Origin: Planctomycetota bacterium
GTDB taxonomy: Bacteria > Planctomycetota > GCA-002687715 > DRQF01
Direction: 5' to 3'
Length of the DNA stretch: 64,000 nucleotides
NCBI GenBank assembly: GCA_036479435.1
Contig: JAZGFI010000288.1
Coordinates: 9,498 to 73,497 of the forward strand
Shown: piece after piece, positions 19,926-29,730 of the stretch
Layout: each line of letters begins with the position of its first letter
How positions within the stretch are numbered: the first letter of the stretch is position 1
Position numbers and translations under genes: made by a program
The notes under the pieces: model-generated
Told to the model about the DNA's origin: nothing
The model's database searches: none
What the model saw: the letters and a program-made list of their open reading frames with translations, nothing else

Positions 19926-21797
19926 TTACTCCCCGTCCAAGAGTTGTTGGACGGCGTCGAGGATTTCCTCGGTCTTGAAGGGAAGCCCCTGGACCTTGGT
20001 CATGGACTTGATCTCGATCCCTAGTTTGCCTTGCAACAAAAACGCGAGTTGGCCGGTGTTCATCTCTGGAACCAATACGTGGTCAAAGCGCTCAAGCGCG
20101 TCTTTCATTCCCAGCGGGAGTGGATTCAAGTGACGCAAATGCGCTCGGGCCACGCGTTCGCCCCGCCCCTGCAGGCGTTCGACAGCGCCGGTTATCGCGC
20201 CGGTGGTCGATCCCCAGCCCAGCACCAACACGCGGCCTTCTTCGGGGCCGTGTACGGAAAAGGGCGGGATCGCATGAGCGATTCCGGCGATCTTCGCGTG
20301 TCTAAGGTCGGTCATGCGCTGGTGATTGTCGGCGTCGTAGTTGATGTTTCCGTTGCCGTCTTTCTTCTCGAGGCCGCCGATGCGGTGCTCAAGACCCTTC
20401 GTTCCCGGTAGAGCCCAGGGGCGAGCGAGAGTCGTCTCGTCGCGTTTGAAGGGTTCAAAACCCTCTGCGTCTTCCGGAGCGGGGTGGCGAACTTCGATGG
20501 GGGCCAAGTCTTCGATGTTCGGTAAGCGCCAAGGCTCGGCACCGTTCGCCAAGTAGCCGTCGGACAAAAGCACCACCGGCGTCATGTAGGTGACCGCGAG
20601 TCGGACGGCTTCCAGCGCCGCGTCGAAGCAGTCGGCCGCCGTCAGAGAGGCCACGACGGGAATAGGGCTATCGCCATTGCGGCCAAAAAGGGCTTGCAGC
20701 AGGTCGGACTGCTCAGTCTTAGTCGGCAATCCCGTCGAAGGTCCGCCGCGCTGTACATCGACCACAACCAGCGGTAGCTCCGTCATGACGGCGAGGTTGA
20801 GGGCTTCAGATTTCAGTGCGAATCCAGGCCCACTCGTGGTGGTGACACCAAGTGAGCCCGCGAAGGAGGCTCCAATCGCCGAGCATATTGCGGCGATTTC
20901 GTCTTCCGCTTGGAAGGTCACGACCCCGAAGTTTTTGTAGTTTGCGACTTGGTGCAAGATGTCGCTCGCGGGCGTGATGGGATAGGAACCCAGAAAAAGC
21001 GTCTTACCGCAGAGCTGACTCCCCGCGACCAAGCCGATCGACAGCGCCTCATTGCCTTGGATGTTGCGATAGACACCGGGCTCAAGTTTAGCCTTGGGAA
21101 CTTCGTAGCTCGTTTGAAATTCGCCGGTGATATCGGCGTAGTTGTGGCCGGCCCGAAGAGCGCGGATGTTGCCGTCCGCGATTTCTGGCTTGCCCTTTTT
21201 CTTGCCGAAAGTCTCGTTGAGCCAAGCCTCGGTGTTGTCGAGGGGGCGATTGTAGAGCCAGTAGACCATCCCCAGCGCAAAGAAGTTCTTGCAGCGCTGG
21301 ACGGTCTTCCCGTCGAGGCCGCTGTCCTTCAAGGTCTCTTTGATCAGGGTCGAAAGCGCCACCTTGACGACACGAAAAGCCGCGAGGCTGTCGTCCTCCA
21401 GCGGATTCGTTTCGCATTTGGCTTTTTGAAGGTCGAGTTTACCGAAGGAATCGGTGTTGACGATGATCGTCGTCCCGGGCTTCATGTCCGGCAAGTTGAC
21501 CTTGAGGGCGGCGGGGTTCATCGCGACCAAGACGTCGGGACAATCGCCGGGCGTGTGGATGTTGTAGCTCGAAAAGCGAACCTGAAAGCCCGACACGCCG
21601 GGAAGCGTACCCGCAGGAGCCCGGATCTCGGCCGGGTAGTCGGGAAAGGTCGCGAGGTCGTTGCCGAGTATCGCTGAGGTATTGGTGAACTGCATGCCAG
21701 TGATCTGCATGCCGTCGCCAGAATCGCCGGCAAAGCGGATGGTCGCTTGATCGAGACGTTCGACTGATTTCTCCGCCCCGTTGCTGTCGCTGGGCAT
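19926..21797 (-). CDS. korA: 2-oxoacid:ferredoxin oxidoreductase alpha subunit (gamma-alpha fusion)
   Basis: FAGDSGDGMQ, YPITPASD, QAEDEIAA and VQRGGPSTGLPTKTEQ. Confidence 0.93.
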   Translation of the reverse strand: MPSDSNGAEKSVERLDQATIRFAGDSGDGMQITGMQFTNTSAILGNDLATFPDYPAEIRAPAGTLPGVSGFQVRFSSYNIHTPGDCPDVLVAMNPAALKVNLPDMKPGTTIIVNTDSFGKLDLQKAKCETNPLEDDSLAAFRVVKVALSTLIKETLKDSGLDGKTVQRCKNFFALGMVYWLYNRPLDNTEAWLNETFGKKKGKPEIADGNIRALRAGHNYADITGEFQTSYEVPKAKLEPGVYRNIQGNEALSIGLVAGSQLCGKTLFLGSYPITPASDILHQVANYKNFGVVTFQAEDEIAAICSAIGASFAGSLGVTTTSGPGFALKSEALNLAVMTELPLVVVDVQRGGPSTGLPTKTEQSDLLQALFGRNGDSPIPVVASLTAADCFDAALEAVRLAVTYMTPVVLLSDGYLANGAEPWRLPNIEDLAPIEVRHPAPEDAEGFEPFKRDETTLARPWALPGTKGLEHRIGGLEKKDGNGNINYDADNHQRMTDLRHAKIAGIAHAIPPFSVHGPEEGRVLVLGWGSTTGAITGAVERLQGRGERVARAHLRHLNPLPLGMKDALERFDHVLVPEMNTGQLAFLLQGKLGIEIKSMTKVQGLPFKTEEILDAVQQLLDGE

Positions 21798-21906
21798 GGT
21801 TCCTCGTTGCGCAGATCGGATTAGACCAGCAGAGCGGTCTGTTACGTCTCCACGCCTTTCGTTGAATTCAAGGCTGTGTTCCCCATCGAGGCCCGATCGG
21901 GACGCG

Positions 21907-21942
21907 ATTATAAGTCTCCCTCTTTATTGAACCAATGTTCAA
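21907..21942 (-). promoter_or_regulatory. putative sigma70 promoter of korAB with an overlapping palindromic operator
   Basis: Minus strand TTGGTT (21930-21935), 17-bp spacer, TATAAT (21907-21912). The palindrome TTGAAC-caat-GTTCAA (21927-21942) covers the -35 element. Confidence 0.6.
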
Positions 21943-22229
21943 AAACCCGGGGCCAGCTCGCGTTTGCCGCTCGAATTGAAGAGCATAAGCAGCTCTCGTA
22001 TTTAGGGTTACAGCCGCCTCCCCCAGTGGAACTCCGAAGCCGCCAATCTCGGTCCCGGCCTTAGGTGAAACCCCGATTCACTTTTGGGCCCAGCTGAACC
22101 ATGTATTTGCAAAAGATATAAAAGGTATAGGTTGTGATTTGCCGATGACTGCAAAGCGCGAAGGCTTCAGGGAAGTTCCCCGGTCTCCGTCGACACGAGA
22201 CACTTTTTTCTAATTTTACGGAGACCACC

Positions 22230-22715
22230 ATGAAGCGACTGCTCGCTCTGCTTTTTGTCTTCGGCGTTACTTGGGCTCTGCCTGCCGCGGATGAGTCCGC
22301 TGAGGCTGCCGTCATTGCGATGACCTTGGACGATCTCGCCCAAGGAGCCGACGCCATTTTCGCCGGACAGATTATCTCGAAGTCCTCAAGCTGGACTGAG
22401 AACGGCGCCATGATCAACACCGAGTTCACCGTTCAGGTAACCAGCACCCTCAAAGGGCAGCTGCCGCAGCAAGTGACCGTGAAGGTTCCGGGCGGCGACC
22501 TCGACGGCATCAAGATTCGCAACGCGGAAGCGCCCACTTTTGAACTCGGCGAAAGCGTTTACGTGTTCGGCCAGCACGACACCGCTACGGACCAATACAA
22601 GACCTACGGTTGGTTCCAAGGCAAGTACACCGTGCTGAACGGCATGGTGCGTGAACTCAACGGCGTGAGCGTCGATGAATTTCACACCCAAATCCTCAAC
22701 GCCGTGAATAACTAG
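22230..22715 (+). CDS. secreted hypothetical protein, co-transcribed with the metalloprotease
   Basis: Signal peptide and RBS GGAG. Motifs LDDLAQGADAIFAGQI, VKVPGG, PTFELGESVYVF and GWFQGKY. Confidence 0.75.
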   Translation: MKRLLALLFVFGVTWALPAADESAEAAVIAMTLDDLAQGADAIFAGQIISKSSSWTENGAMINTEFTVQVTSTLKGQLPQQVTVKVPGGDLDGIKIRNAEAPTFELGESVYVFGQHDTATDQYKTYGWFQGKYTVLNGMVRELNGVSVDEFHTQILNAVNN

Positions 22716-22730
22716 GAAGGGGACAGAAAC

Positions 22731-24029
22731 ATGAAGATCATCAAATGGATCGCCCCGGTCACCATCTTCGCCGCCTTGGCCTGGCTCGGTCAGAACCAAG
22801 CGGACGACGCTCGCGCTTTTGCCACGCACGGTAGCTCCTGGGCCAGCCCCACCGCGCTCTACAAGGTCAATGCCAACTTCACGGATGCCAGTGCGGGCAC
22901 CGCCGAAGAACAGATCGCCGCTATCCAACGCGCGGCCTCCGAGTGGAAGAGCGCGGGACAAGTTCCCTTCGAGTTCATCTACGACGGCACCACCACCAAC
23001 ACGACGGTCGCCCCGAGCGACGGTGAGAACGCTGTCTTCTACAGCAACAGCGACGGCGGCGGCGCCCTTGCAACGGCGACTTGGTCCTCGTTTGCGAACG
23101 GTGATTTCTTTGGCTTTGATATCGAGTTTTACTCGATGGGCGGCGCCCTCGACTTTGTATGGGCCACGAACCCCGTTGGTTCCCAGTTCGATATCGAGTC
23201 GGTCGCGACTCATGAGTTTGGCCACGCTCTCGGCCTCAGCCACTCGGCTTCGACCGACGCGACGATGTTCGCGTCAGTGGTGGCGGGATCGATCGCGAAT
23301 CGCACCCTCGCCGCCGACGACATTGCCGGTGTGCAGTCACTTTACGGCGTGCAGGCCACTGGTGCTCCGACCGTTAGCAATGTCGCACCCTTCTTCGGTT
23401 GGATTGGCGGCGGCGAGCGTATCCGCTTGACCGGTACTGAGCTGTCCGGAGGCGACCCTCAAGTCGTCACAATTGACGGTGTTCAAGCCACTGGCGTCAC
23501 CGTCCTCGACAACAGCACGATCGAGTTCGACGTTCCGATGGGAGTCCGCTCTGGCTTTGTGCCGGTCAGCGTGTCCCACGCTCAGGGCAACGTCGACCTC
23601 GGCGATATCTTCTTCAACACGAGCATGCGCTTCACCTCGGATATGCAGGTCGGCGGCACCGGTCAGATCGAACTGTTCTACCCGGCCGATGCCAACCTGC
23701 CCTACCTCGCGGCACCTGCCATCAACTTTGACATAGGCATTCCGGTTAGCACCTTTGGTGACTCTGGTGACACCCGCGTGATTCCCTTGAACAACGACAG
23801 CCTGTTCCAAGAACAACGCCAAGGCCTCTACTCCGATACTTTCCTCGGCTTCGAAGGCTCCCTCGACGGCAACGGCAGCGCCATGTTGCAAGTCGTTCTG
23901 CCCAACCTGCCCTTCTTGCAAGGCTACGTGGTCTGCTTCGCTTCCATGACCCTCGACATGTCCTTCACGTCGGGCGTCAAGAACATCTCGAACGCCGCCG
24001 CCGGACAGATCCAGGCCGCAACGCCCTAA
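22731..24029 (+). CDS. secreted metzincin (matrixin/M10-like) zinc metalloprotease with IPT/TIG and C-terminal domains
   Basis: Signal peptide; HEFGHALGLSHS (HExxHxxGxxH), Met-turn ATMF and DDIAGVQSLYG. IPT signature PTVSNVAP..G...GGERIRLTG. Confidence 0.88.
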   Translation: MKIIKWIAPVTIFAALAWLGQNQADDARAFATHGSSWASPTALYKVNANFTDASAGTAEEQIAAIQRAASEWKSAGQVPFEFIYDGTTTNTTVAPSDGENAVFYSNSDGGGALATATWSSFANGDFFGFDIEFYSMGGALDFVWATNPVGSQFDIESVATHEFGHALGLSHSASTDATMFASVVAGSIANRTLAADDIAGVQSLYGVQATGAPTVSNVAPFFGWIGGGERIRLTGTELSGGDPQVVTIDGVQATGVTVLDNSTIEFDVPMGVRSGFVPVSVSHAQGNVDLGDIFFNTSMRFTSDMQVGGTGQIELFYPADANLPYLAAPAINFDIGIPVSTFGDSGDTRVIPLNNDSLFQEQRQGLYSDTFLGFEGSLDGNGSAMLQVVLPNLPFLQGYVVCFASMTLDMSFTSGVKNISNAAAGQIQAATP

Positions 24030-24079
24030 TCGTTCGCAACGCAAAATGACGATCTCGGGTTTTGATCCTGAGCGAGCGG

Positions 24080-24119
24080 GGACCCGGCTTCCATTCTTGG
24101 AAGCCGGGTCCTTCTCTTT
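24080..24119 (+). terminator. intrinsic terminator
   Basis: 14-bp stem ggacccggcttcca / tggaagccgggtcc followed by ttctcttt. Confidence 0.75.
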
Positions 24120-24147
24120 GGTCCGACCAAGTTGCCTGAAAGGGTAG

Positions 24148-24179
24148 TGACTTTGGTCTGACGCAAACGTTCAGGGTTT
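24148..24179 (+). repeat. dispersed intergenic repeat, copy 1
   Basis: tgactttggtctgacgcaaacgttcagggttt; near-identical to the copies at 35654-35685 (-) and 59750-59781 (+). Confidence 0.85.
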
Positions 24180-24581
24180 AGGATTTGAGGTCGGCCTTTG
24201 CTGACACATGGCTTGCGGTCGCCAAAATGGATGAAGAGTTGACTTTGGATTTGAAAGGCTAGTGGAAAACGTCTGACGCAGAAGTTGCGGGTTTGCTGGA
24301 TGTTGGTTTTCTCGCGAGCGCGAGCTTGATCGTGATTAATTTGGTCTAGCGCTACACTTAGACCCGCGGTCTCCTGGTGATGGAGTCCGCGGGTTTTCTT
24401 GCCGGGTCGGGCGCAAGGAATCGCTTGTTGAGGCTGTGGGCATTCCGTACGATTTGTTTGATCCCCAATGATAAGCGTCGCTCACGGACTCGGCATTGTT
24501 GTGCCCTGATGGAAGGGACACCACGATGACTCCGAGGGTCCGCGGACTCTCTCGGGGGTGGCGCAAGACCAGAGGTTCGAC

Positions 24582-27377
24582 ATGAATCGAAGCATCTTTG
24601 CGCTCCACCTCCGTTCCCATTTCTTGTTCACCGCGTTGGGCCTGACGCTTTTTGCGTCCGGCTTGTTGGCGCAACAGCCGCTGAACACCGAACTCCTTCA
24701 AAACGGCGGTTTCGAAACCGGTGACACTACGGGTTGGACCGCAGCGGGGGGCACGATTGGCGTGTTGCTCTACGGCGATCCGAACACCCCCGATACCGGC
24801 GTCGCCGTGGCGATGGGCGGCGCGAGCTTTATTGCGCGCTGCTCGACGAACAGCAGCTCGGCGACTTTGACCCAGTCTTTTGACTTGAACGGCAACGCCG
24901 TGGACGTCGATGCTGGCAACTTGGCATTGAAGCTCGCGGGATTTTTTGGCGGCAACGGCAGCGACAATGATCGCGCGACCTTGACCGCGCGTTTTCTGGA
25001 CGCATCTTCAGCGCTCATCGACACGCTTTTAATCGGCGACATCACCCGGACCAACCGCAATGCAGAGACGACTCTGATGCGCCGTTCGGGCGACATCGTG
25101 GTACCGGCGGGGACTCGGACCCTGGAAGTAGAGATGCGCTATGCGCGTTTCTCGGGACTGGGCTTGGATTCCCTCGCGGATAACCTCAGCGCGGAACTGG
25201 TCCTCGCGGCGGCAGCGATTCCCGCGGCTATCGCCTTGAACCTCGAACTTTTAGACAACGCTGGTTTTGAAACCGGGGCTATCATCAACCCCGCGCTCGA
25301 GTCGGCTTGGACCGTTCGGTCTGGAGCTTGGCAGTCCGCCAACTACGGCGATGCGGAACTCCCCACGGCGGCCATCGCGACCGCCATGGGCGGCGGGGCC
25401 AAGCTAGCGCTTTGCATCACGGATAGTTCCAATCCCTTCATGACCCAGACTTTTGATCTGCGCGGCAATGCCGCCGACATCGACGCCGGAAATATCTTTG
25501 TCGACCTTGAGGGCTATTTCGGAGGCTTCGTGGGGAACGCTGATACGGCGGAACTAAACGCGCTCTTCTTCGATGCGAGCGCTGCGGCTATTCCTAGCGC
25601 GGATCTTCGCATCGGACAGATCACCGCGACCAATCGCAACCAAGAGACCACGGTGATGCGCCGTTCGAGCGAAGGCCAGGTCCCGGTCGGTGCGCGGAGC
25701 ATGGTGATTGAGCTGCGCTACCGGCGACTGTCTGGCTTGGGCGTCGAGGCCTTCGCGGATCGCCTCGCGGTGAAGCTGACCAATGCGCCCATACTTGCGC
25801 CTTTGGCCCTCGATACCCAACTCATCAACAATCCGGGGTTTGGGGCTATCGAACTCATCGACCCCGCGATTGAATCCAGCTGGACGGTAAGTAACGCGCT
25901 CTTCGCGGCGGTGGCCTACGGCGATGTGGATTTGCCTTCGGTGGACGTTTCGGCCGCCATCAACGGAGGGTCGAGGTTGCTGAGGTGCTCGACCGACTCC
26001 AGTGTGGCGCGCATCGGCCAAAGCCTCGATTTGCGCGGCAATGCTGTTGATGTCGACAACGCTGCGCTCTACGTCGAGCTTGCGGGCCATTTTGGTGGCA
26101 GCGCGGCCGATCCCGATCGGGCCTCGATGCGGGTGATCTTTTTTGATGACACGGATACGGAAATCGTCGTGCCCTCGACTGATATTGGTGCCATCACCCG
26201 GACCAACCGGAACGACGAAACGACCGTGATGCGTCGCAGTGGAAACTTCGCAGTGCCAGTAGGCGCGCGCCGAATGCTCGTCGAGATCGAACTGAATCGC
26301 CTCGCCGGCCTCTCGCTGGACGCCTTGGTCGACAACGTGTTTGCCGCTTTGCGCCACGGGCCGCTTCCAGTGCCGGGAACCACCACTTTCACCGAGATCG
26401 TCGACCGCGGCGATTTCGAAGATGAGTTCATCATCAATCCGAACGAGGAAGTGAGTTGGACCGTGACCAACGGGGGGTTCATTTCGGTTCCCTACGGTGA
26501 TCCGAATCAGCCTTCGATGACGATTGGCAGCACGATCGGTGGCGGCTTGCGACTCGTGAGCGATCGGCTTGGGGGCTCAGTGGCGCGCATGGAACACCGC
26601 TATCCCGTGGCGTCAGATGCGACGAGTATCGATTTGGGACAGGCGGAGTTTTCGGCCGAGGCCTATCTTGGCGGGGAGGGCTCGCAACCTGATCACGCTA
26701 AGCTCGAAGTCCTCTACTTGGATGCGAGCGGCGCGACCCTTTTGACTGACACCATTGGGCCGGTTACCAACACCGACCGCGGCAACGTAACCGACATGCT
26801 CTTCAGAGAGGGTTGCTTCACAGTTCCTGCCGGCACCCGTGAGATCGTCCTGAAACTCGTCTTCACTCGGCTCTCTGGGCTTTCGAATGAAGCCCATGCC
26901 GACAATATCAGCGCCCGATTCGACATTGTTGACAATCCGGGGTCGAACGAAGACCTGCGATTCCTCACCAGCCTCGGGGGACCCCTCAACGGCGGCGCGG
27001 CGAACGACATCAAGTTTGCCCTGCCGGGCGACGTGCTCACGATGCAGATCGACTCGCCGGGCGGTACGCGTAACTTTCAACCCTTGGTGTTGGTGGGGCA
27101 CTTGTTCACGACCGGCTCGCCGCCTCTTTCACCAGGTGGCTTCCCGACGGTTTGCGTCAACCCGACCACGGGATTTGTTTTCATTCTGCTGGATGGCGTG
27201 ACGCCGCAGGGAGTCTTCGGACCCCCGGTCGTCTTCCCGGGCGGAACGATCGAGCAAGTTCTTATCCCCCTCGGAGGTGCCGGCCTCAGCGTCAACCTCC
27301 AGGCCTTCGCCCTGGATGGCAGCGCGGCTAACGGGTTCTTCGCGACGACGGATTGTCTGGAACTGCGTCTCCAGTAA
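24582..27377 (+). CDS. secreted protein with four tandem ~190-aa beta-sandwich (galactose-binding/FBA-like) repeats and a C-terminal domain
   Basis: Signal peptide. Repeats start near 24681, 25236, 25809 and 26388, with pattern LLxNxGFE...W...YGD...QxFDLxGNA...GxFGG...D...TNRNxETTxMRRSG...VPxGxR...RLSGL...ADN. Start at ATG 24582 (or GTG 24558). Confidence 0.8.
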   Translation: MNRSIFALHLRSHFLFTALGLTLFASGLLAQQPLNTELLQNGGFETGDTTGWTAAGGTIGVLLYGDPNTPDTGVAVAMGGASFIARCSTNSSSATLTQSFDLNGNAVDVDAGNLALKLAGFFGGNGSDNDRATLTARFLDASSALIDTLLIGDITRTNRNAETTLMRRSGDIVVPAGTRTLEVEMRYARFSGLGLDSLADNLSAELVLAAAAIPAAIALNLELLDNAGFETGAIINPALESAWTVRSGAWQSANYGDAELPTAAIATAMGGGAKLALCITDSSNPFMTQTFDLRGNAADIDAGNIFVDLEGYFGGFVGNADTAELNALFFDASAAAIPSADLRIGQITATNRNQETTVMRRSSEGQVPVGARSMVIELRYRRLSGLGVEAFADRLAVKLTNAPILAPLALDTQLINNPGFGAIELIDPAIESSWTVSNALFAAVAYGDVDLPSVDVSAAINGGSRLLRCSTDSSVARIGQSLDLRGNAVDVDNAALYVELAGHFGGSAADPDRASMRVIFFDDTDTEIVVPSTDIGAITRTNRNDETTVMRRSGNFAVPVGARRMLVEIELNRLAGLSLDALVDNVFAALRHGPLPVPGTTTFTEIVDRGDFEDEFIINPNEEVSWTVTNGGFISVPYGDPNQPSMTIGSTIGGGLRLVSDRLGGSVARMEHRYPVASDATSIDLGQAEFSAEAYLGGEGSQPDHAKLEVLYLDASGATLLTDTIGPVTNTDRGNVTDMLFREGCFTVPAGTREIVLKLVFTRLSGLSNEAHADNISARFDIVDNPGSNEDLRFLTSLGGPLNGGAANDIKFALPGDVLTMQIDSPGGTRNFQPLVLVGHLFTTGSPPLSPGGFPTVCVNPTTGFVFILLDGVTPQGVFGPPVVFPGGTIEQVLIPLGGAGLSVNLQAFALDGSAANGFFATTDCLELRLQ

Positions 27378-27462
27378 GTGCCTTGCTTGACGACACGGGC
27401 CCCAAGGTCTCTTCCTTGGTGCCCGTGTCTATTTCGCCGCAAAGGTGGGACGTCGAACGAAT

Positions 27463-28467
27463 CTACTCGTGTCGCCGCTCGCGCGTCATCAGCTGAGTGA
27501 TGGCGCGCCGAGGGTCTTTTCGGCGGAACAAGACCGCATAGACTTGATCGGTGATGGGCATTTCGATGCCCACCGAATGCGCCAACTTTCGGATGCTTTT
27601 GGTCGTGCCGACGCCTTCGGCGATTTTGACGGAAGTTCTTAGGATCTCGTCGAGGGTCTCACCGCGTCCGATCCTTTCGCCAACGGCACGGTTGCGTCCG
27701 AAGGGCGAAAACGCCGTCGTGATGAGGTCACCCACGCCCGCCATTCCGTAGAAGGTTTTCTTCTTGGCGCCCAGCGCGCAGCCGAGGGTGGCGGTTTCGA
27801 CGAGGCCTCGCGTGAGGAGAGCGGCCTTGGTGTTGTCGCCCAAGCCCAAGCCGTCGAGGATGCCGGCGGCGATGGCGATAATGTTTTTCATCGCGCCGCC
27901 GAACTCGACGCCAAAGAGATCGTCATTGGCATACACCCGAAAGTTCGGCGTCGACAACTCGTCACGAAGGCGACGAGCCAAGGGTAGCGAACGCGCGGCG
28001 ATGACCACCGTCGTCGCGAGGCCCCGAGCGACTTCTTCGGCGTGACTCGGTCCCGAAAGGACGGCGACTCCTCGACGTTGGCAAACCGAGCTGATGATTT
28101 GACTGGGGCGCTCGAGCGTGGCGAGCTCGATGCCCTTGGTCAACGAAATGATGGGGATGCGCGCCGGAACAAGTTCACACAACCCAGACCAAGTGCCGCG
28201 CACGTACTTGGTGGGGATGGCCGAAAAGACCATCGTTGCCTCTGCGAAGGTTTCTTCGGGATCCATGGTCGCACGCAGGGAGTCGGGAAAGTCGTAGCCT
28301 TCCAGAAACTTGTCGTTGCGCCGCCGGCGATTCATGACCGTGACTTCTTTGGCGTCGTGACCGAGCATGACGACTTCGTGGCCTTTTGCGGCCATCAGCC
28401 CGCCCATCGCCGTACCCCAGCCGCCCGCACCAATGACGGCGATCTTTCCCTTGTTCTTAGGGCTCAA
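27463..28467 (-). CDS. gpsA: NAD(P)H-dependent glycerol-3-phosphate dehydrogenase
   Basis: IAVIGAGGWGTA, LTKGIE, LSGPSHAEEV, KNIIAIAAG and GDLITT...RNR. TTG start at 28467 overlaps the plsY stop. Confidence 0.95.
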   Translation of the reverse strand: MSPKNKGKIAVIGAGGWGTAMGGLMAAKGHEVVMLGHDAKEVTVMNRRRRNDKFLEGYDFPDSLRATMDPEETFAEATMVFSAIPTKYVRGTWSGLCELVPARIPIISLTKGIELATLERPSQIISSVCQRRGVAVLSGPSHAEEVARGLATTVVIAARSLPLARRLRDELSTPNFRVYANDDLFGVEFGGAMKNIIAIAAGILDGLGLGDNTKAALLTRGLVETATLGCALGAKKKTFYGMAGVGDLITTAFSPFGRNRAVGERIGRGETLDEILRTSVKIAEGVGTTKSIRKLAHSVGIEMPITDQVYAVLFRRKDPRRAITQLMTRERRHE

Positions 28468-29090
28468 GCTTTGTCTCCGATCTTCTTTTCTTTGCCACGG
28501 AAAACTCGAACGAGGTTCGCTCGGTGGGAAACTAGCACCACGACGGCTAACAGCACAAAATAAGCGATGAACCAAGGCCGTCCCGGATCACCCCGGCTGA
28601 TAAGCGTGTAGACGATCGACAAACTCATGGTGGCCAACACGCTCGAGAGCGAAACCCAACGGCAGCACAGGATGCAGATTCCCCAAATCCCCAGGGCCGC
28701 CAGGCCCGTCATCAGGCTAATGGCTAAGACCACGCCCGATCCGGCGGCGATGCCCTTGCCGCCTCGGAATGAAAGCCAAAAAGGAAAAAGGTGCCCCAAG
28801 ATAACGCCAAGGCCGACAACCAGCGCCAGGGGTAGCGTCTCCTCGGAATCAGCTTGCCACCAGATTTTGGCCGCCAGCGTCGGCAACAGACCTTTCAGCA
28901 TGTCGGCGAGGTAGATCAAAAAAGCCCAACGGCGACCGAGCACCCGCCCCGCATTGGTCGCCCCCAAGTTGCCGCTACCGTGTTGCCTAAGGTCCTCACC
29001 CCGCAATACGCGTACGGCGAGATAGGACCAGGAAAAGGTCCCAATCAGATAGGCGATGGCGGCGGCGACGAGATAGGTCAAAAAGGGCAT
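28464..29090 (-). CDS. plsY: glycerol-3-phosphate acyltransferase
   Basis: GSGNLGATNAGR, DMLKG, GHLFPFWLSFRGGKGIA and HRANLVR. Confidence 0.95.
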   Translation of the reverse strand: MPFLTYLVAAAIAYLIGTFSWSYLAVRVLRGEDLRQHGSGNLGATNAGRVLGRRWAFLIYLADMLKGLLPTLAAKIWWQADSEETLPLALVVGLGVILGHLFPFWLSFRGGKGIAAGSGVVLAISLMTGLAALGIWGICILCCRWVSLSSVLATMSLSIVYTLISRGDPGRPWFIAYFVLLAVVVLVSHRANLVRVFRGKEKKIGDKA

Positions 29091-29187
29091 AGTCGTTGAT
29101 AGCTCCGCGGGCGCGAAGCTTAAAGGGATCCTTGCGTGGTTCTCGCGATGAAAGACAATGGGATTCAGCCCTTGACGAGGAGGACCG

Positions 29188-29730
29188 GTGAGCGATCAGA
29201 CCGAAGCCAATCTAGCCCCGACGGCCTCGCCCGAAGTGAAACCAGTCGTGGCTCCAGATCGTGGCCCTCGCCTTGTGACCGTTCTCCTCGTGCTGGTTGT
29301 GCTCAACGCCCTCGCCGTGTTCTTGGTGTGGAAGACGGAACCCCAAAGCCTTGAAGAAGATCATGTCACCGCCCAACTTTTTCTCGACGGTTTGGTTTTT
29401 GGCATCGCCGATGCCCCTGATCGCGTCGTGACCGGTTACTCGATCGCCTATGACCAACTGTCGGAGTCCGCTCGCGCAAAGTGGGACTACGCAGGATTCT
29501 CCGAGCATTTTGAGAACAAGGTCGCCGAATCGGGCTATTTGGTCTCCTGGGTTCCCCTCAGTGGGGAGCGAGGGAGCCTTGGGGCGCGTTACCTTGCTTA
29601 CCGTCTTGACTTCGAGGGCCGAGACGACGAACCGCTTTCTTTTCACTGTGAGCTCAAGGTTATTCCTTTCGAGGGCCAACATCGCATTGACAGTTGGAAG
29701 TTGCGCGACCTGAAGGACGAGGAACGCTGA
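29188..29730 (+). CDS. hypothetical membrane-anchored protein
   Basis: GTG start with GAGGAG RBS and one TM helix. Its stop overlaps the next ATG. Confidence 0.6.
   Translation: MSDQTEANLAPTASPEVKPVVAPDRGPRLVTVLLVLVVLNALAVFLVWKTEPQSLEEDHVTAQLFLDGLVFGIADAPDRVVTGYSIAYDQLSESARAKWDYAGFSEHFENKVAESGYLVSWVPLSGERGSLGARYLAYRLDFEGRDDEPLSFHCELKVIPFEGQHRIDSWKLRDLKDEER

Noticed and set aside
24113..24300. Possible degenerate CRISPR array
   Set aside because: Repeat fragments are irregularly spaced and very divergent, and there are no cas genes. Better explained as decayed copies of the dispersed repeat.
28468..28575. gpsA extension overlapping plsY
   Set aside because: The Rossmann motif starts right after TTG 28467, which gives a normal 4-bp overlap.
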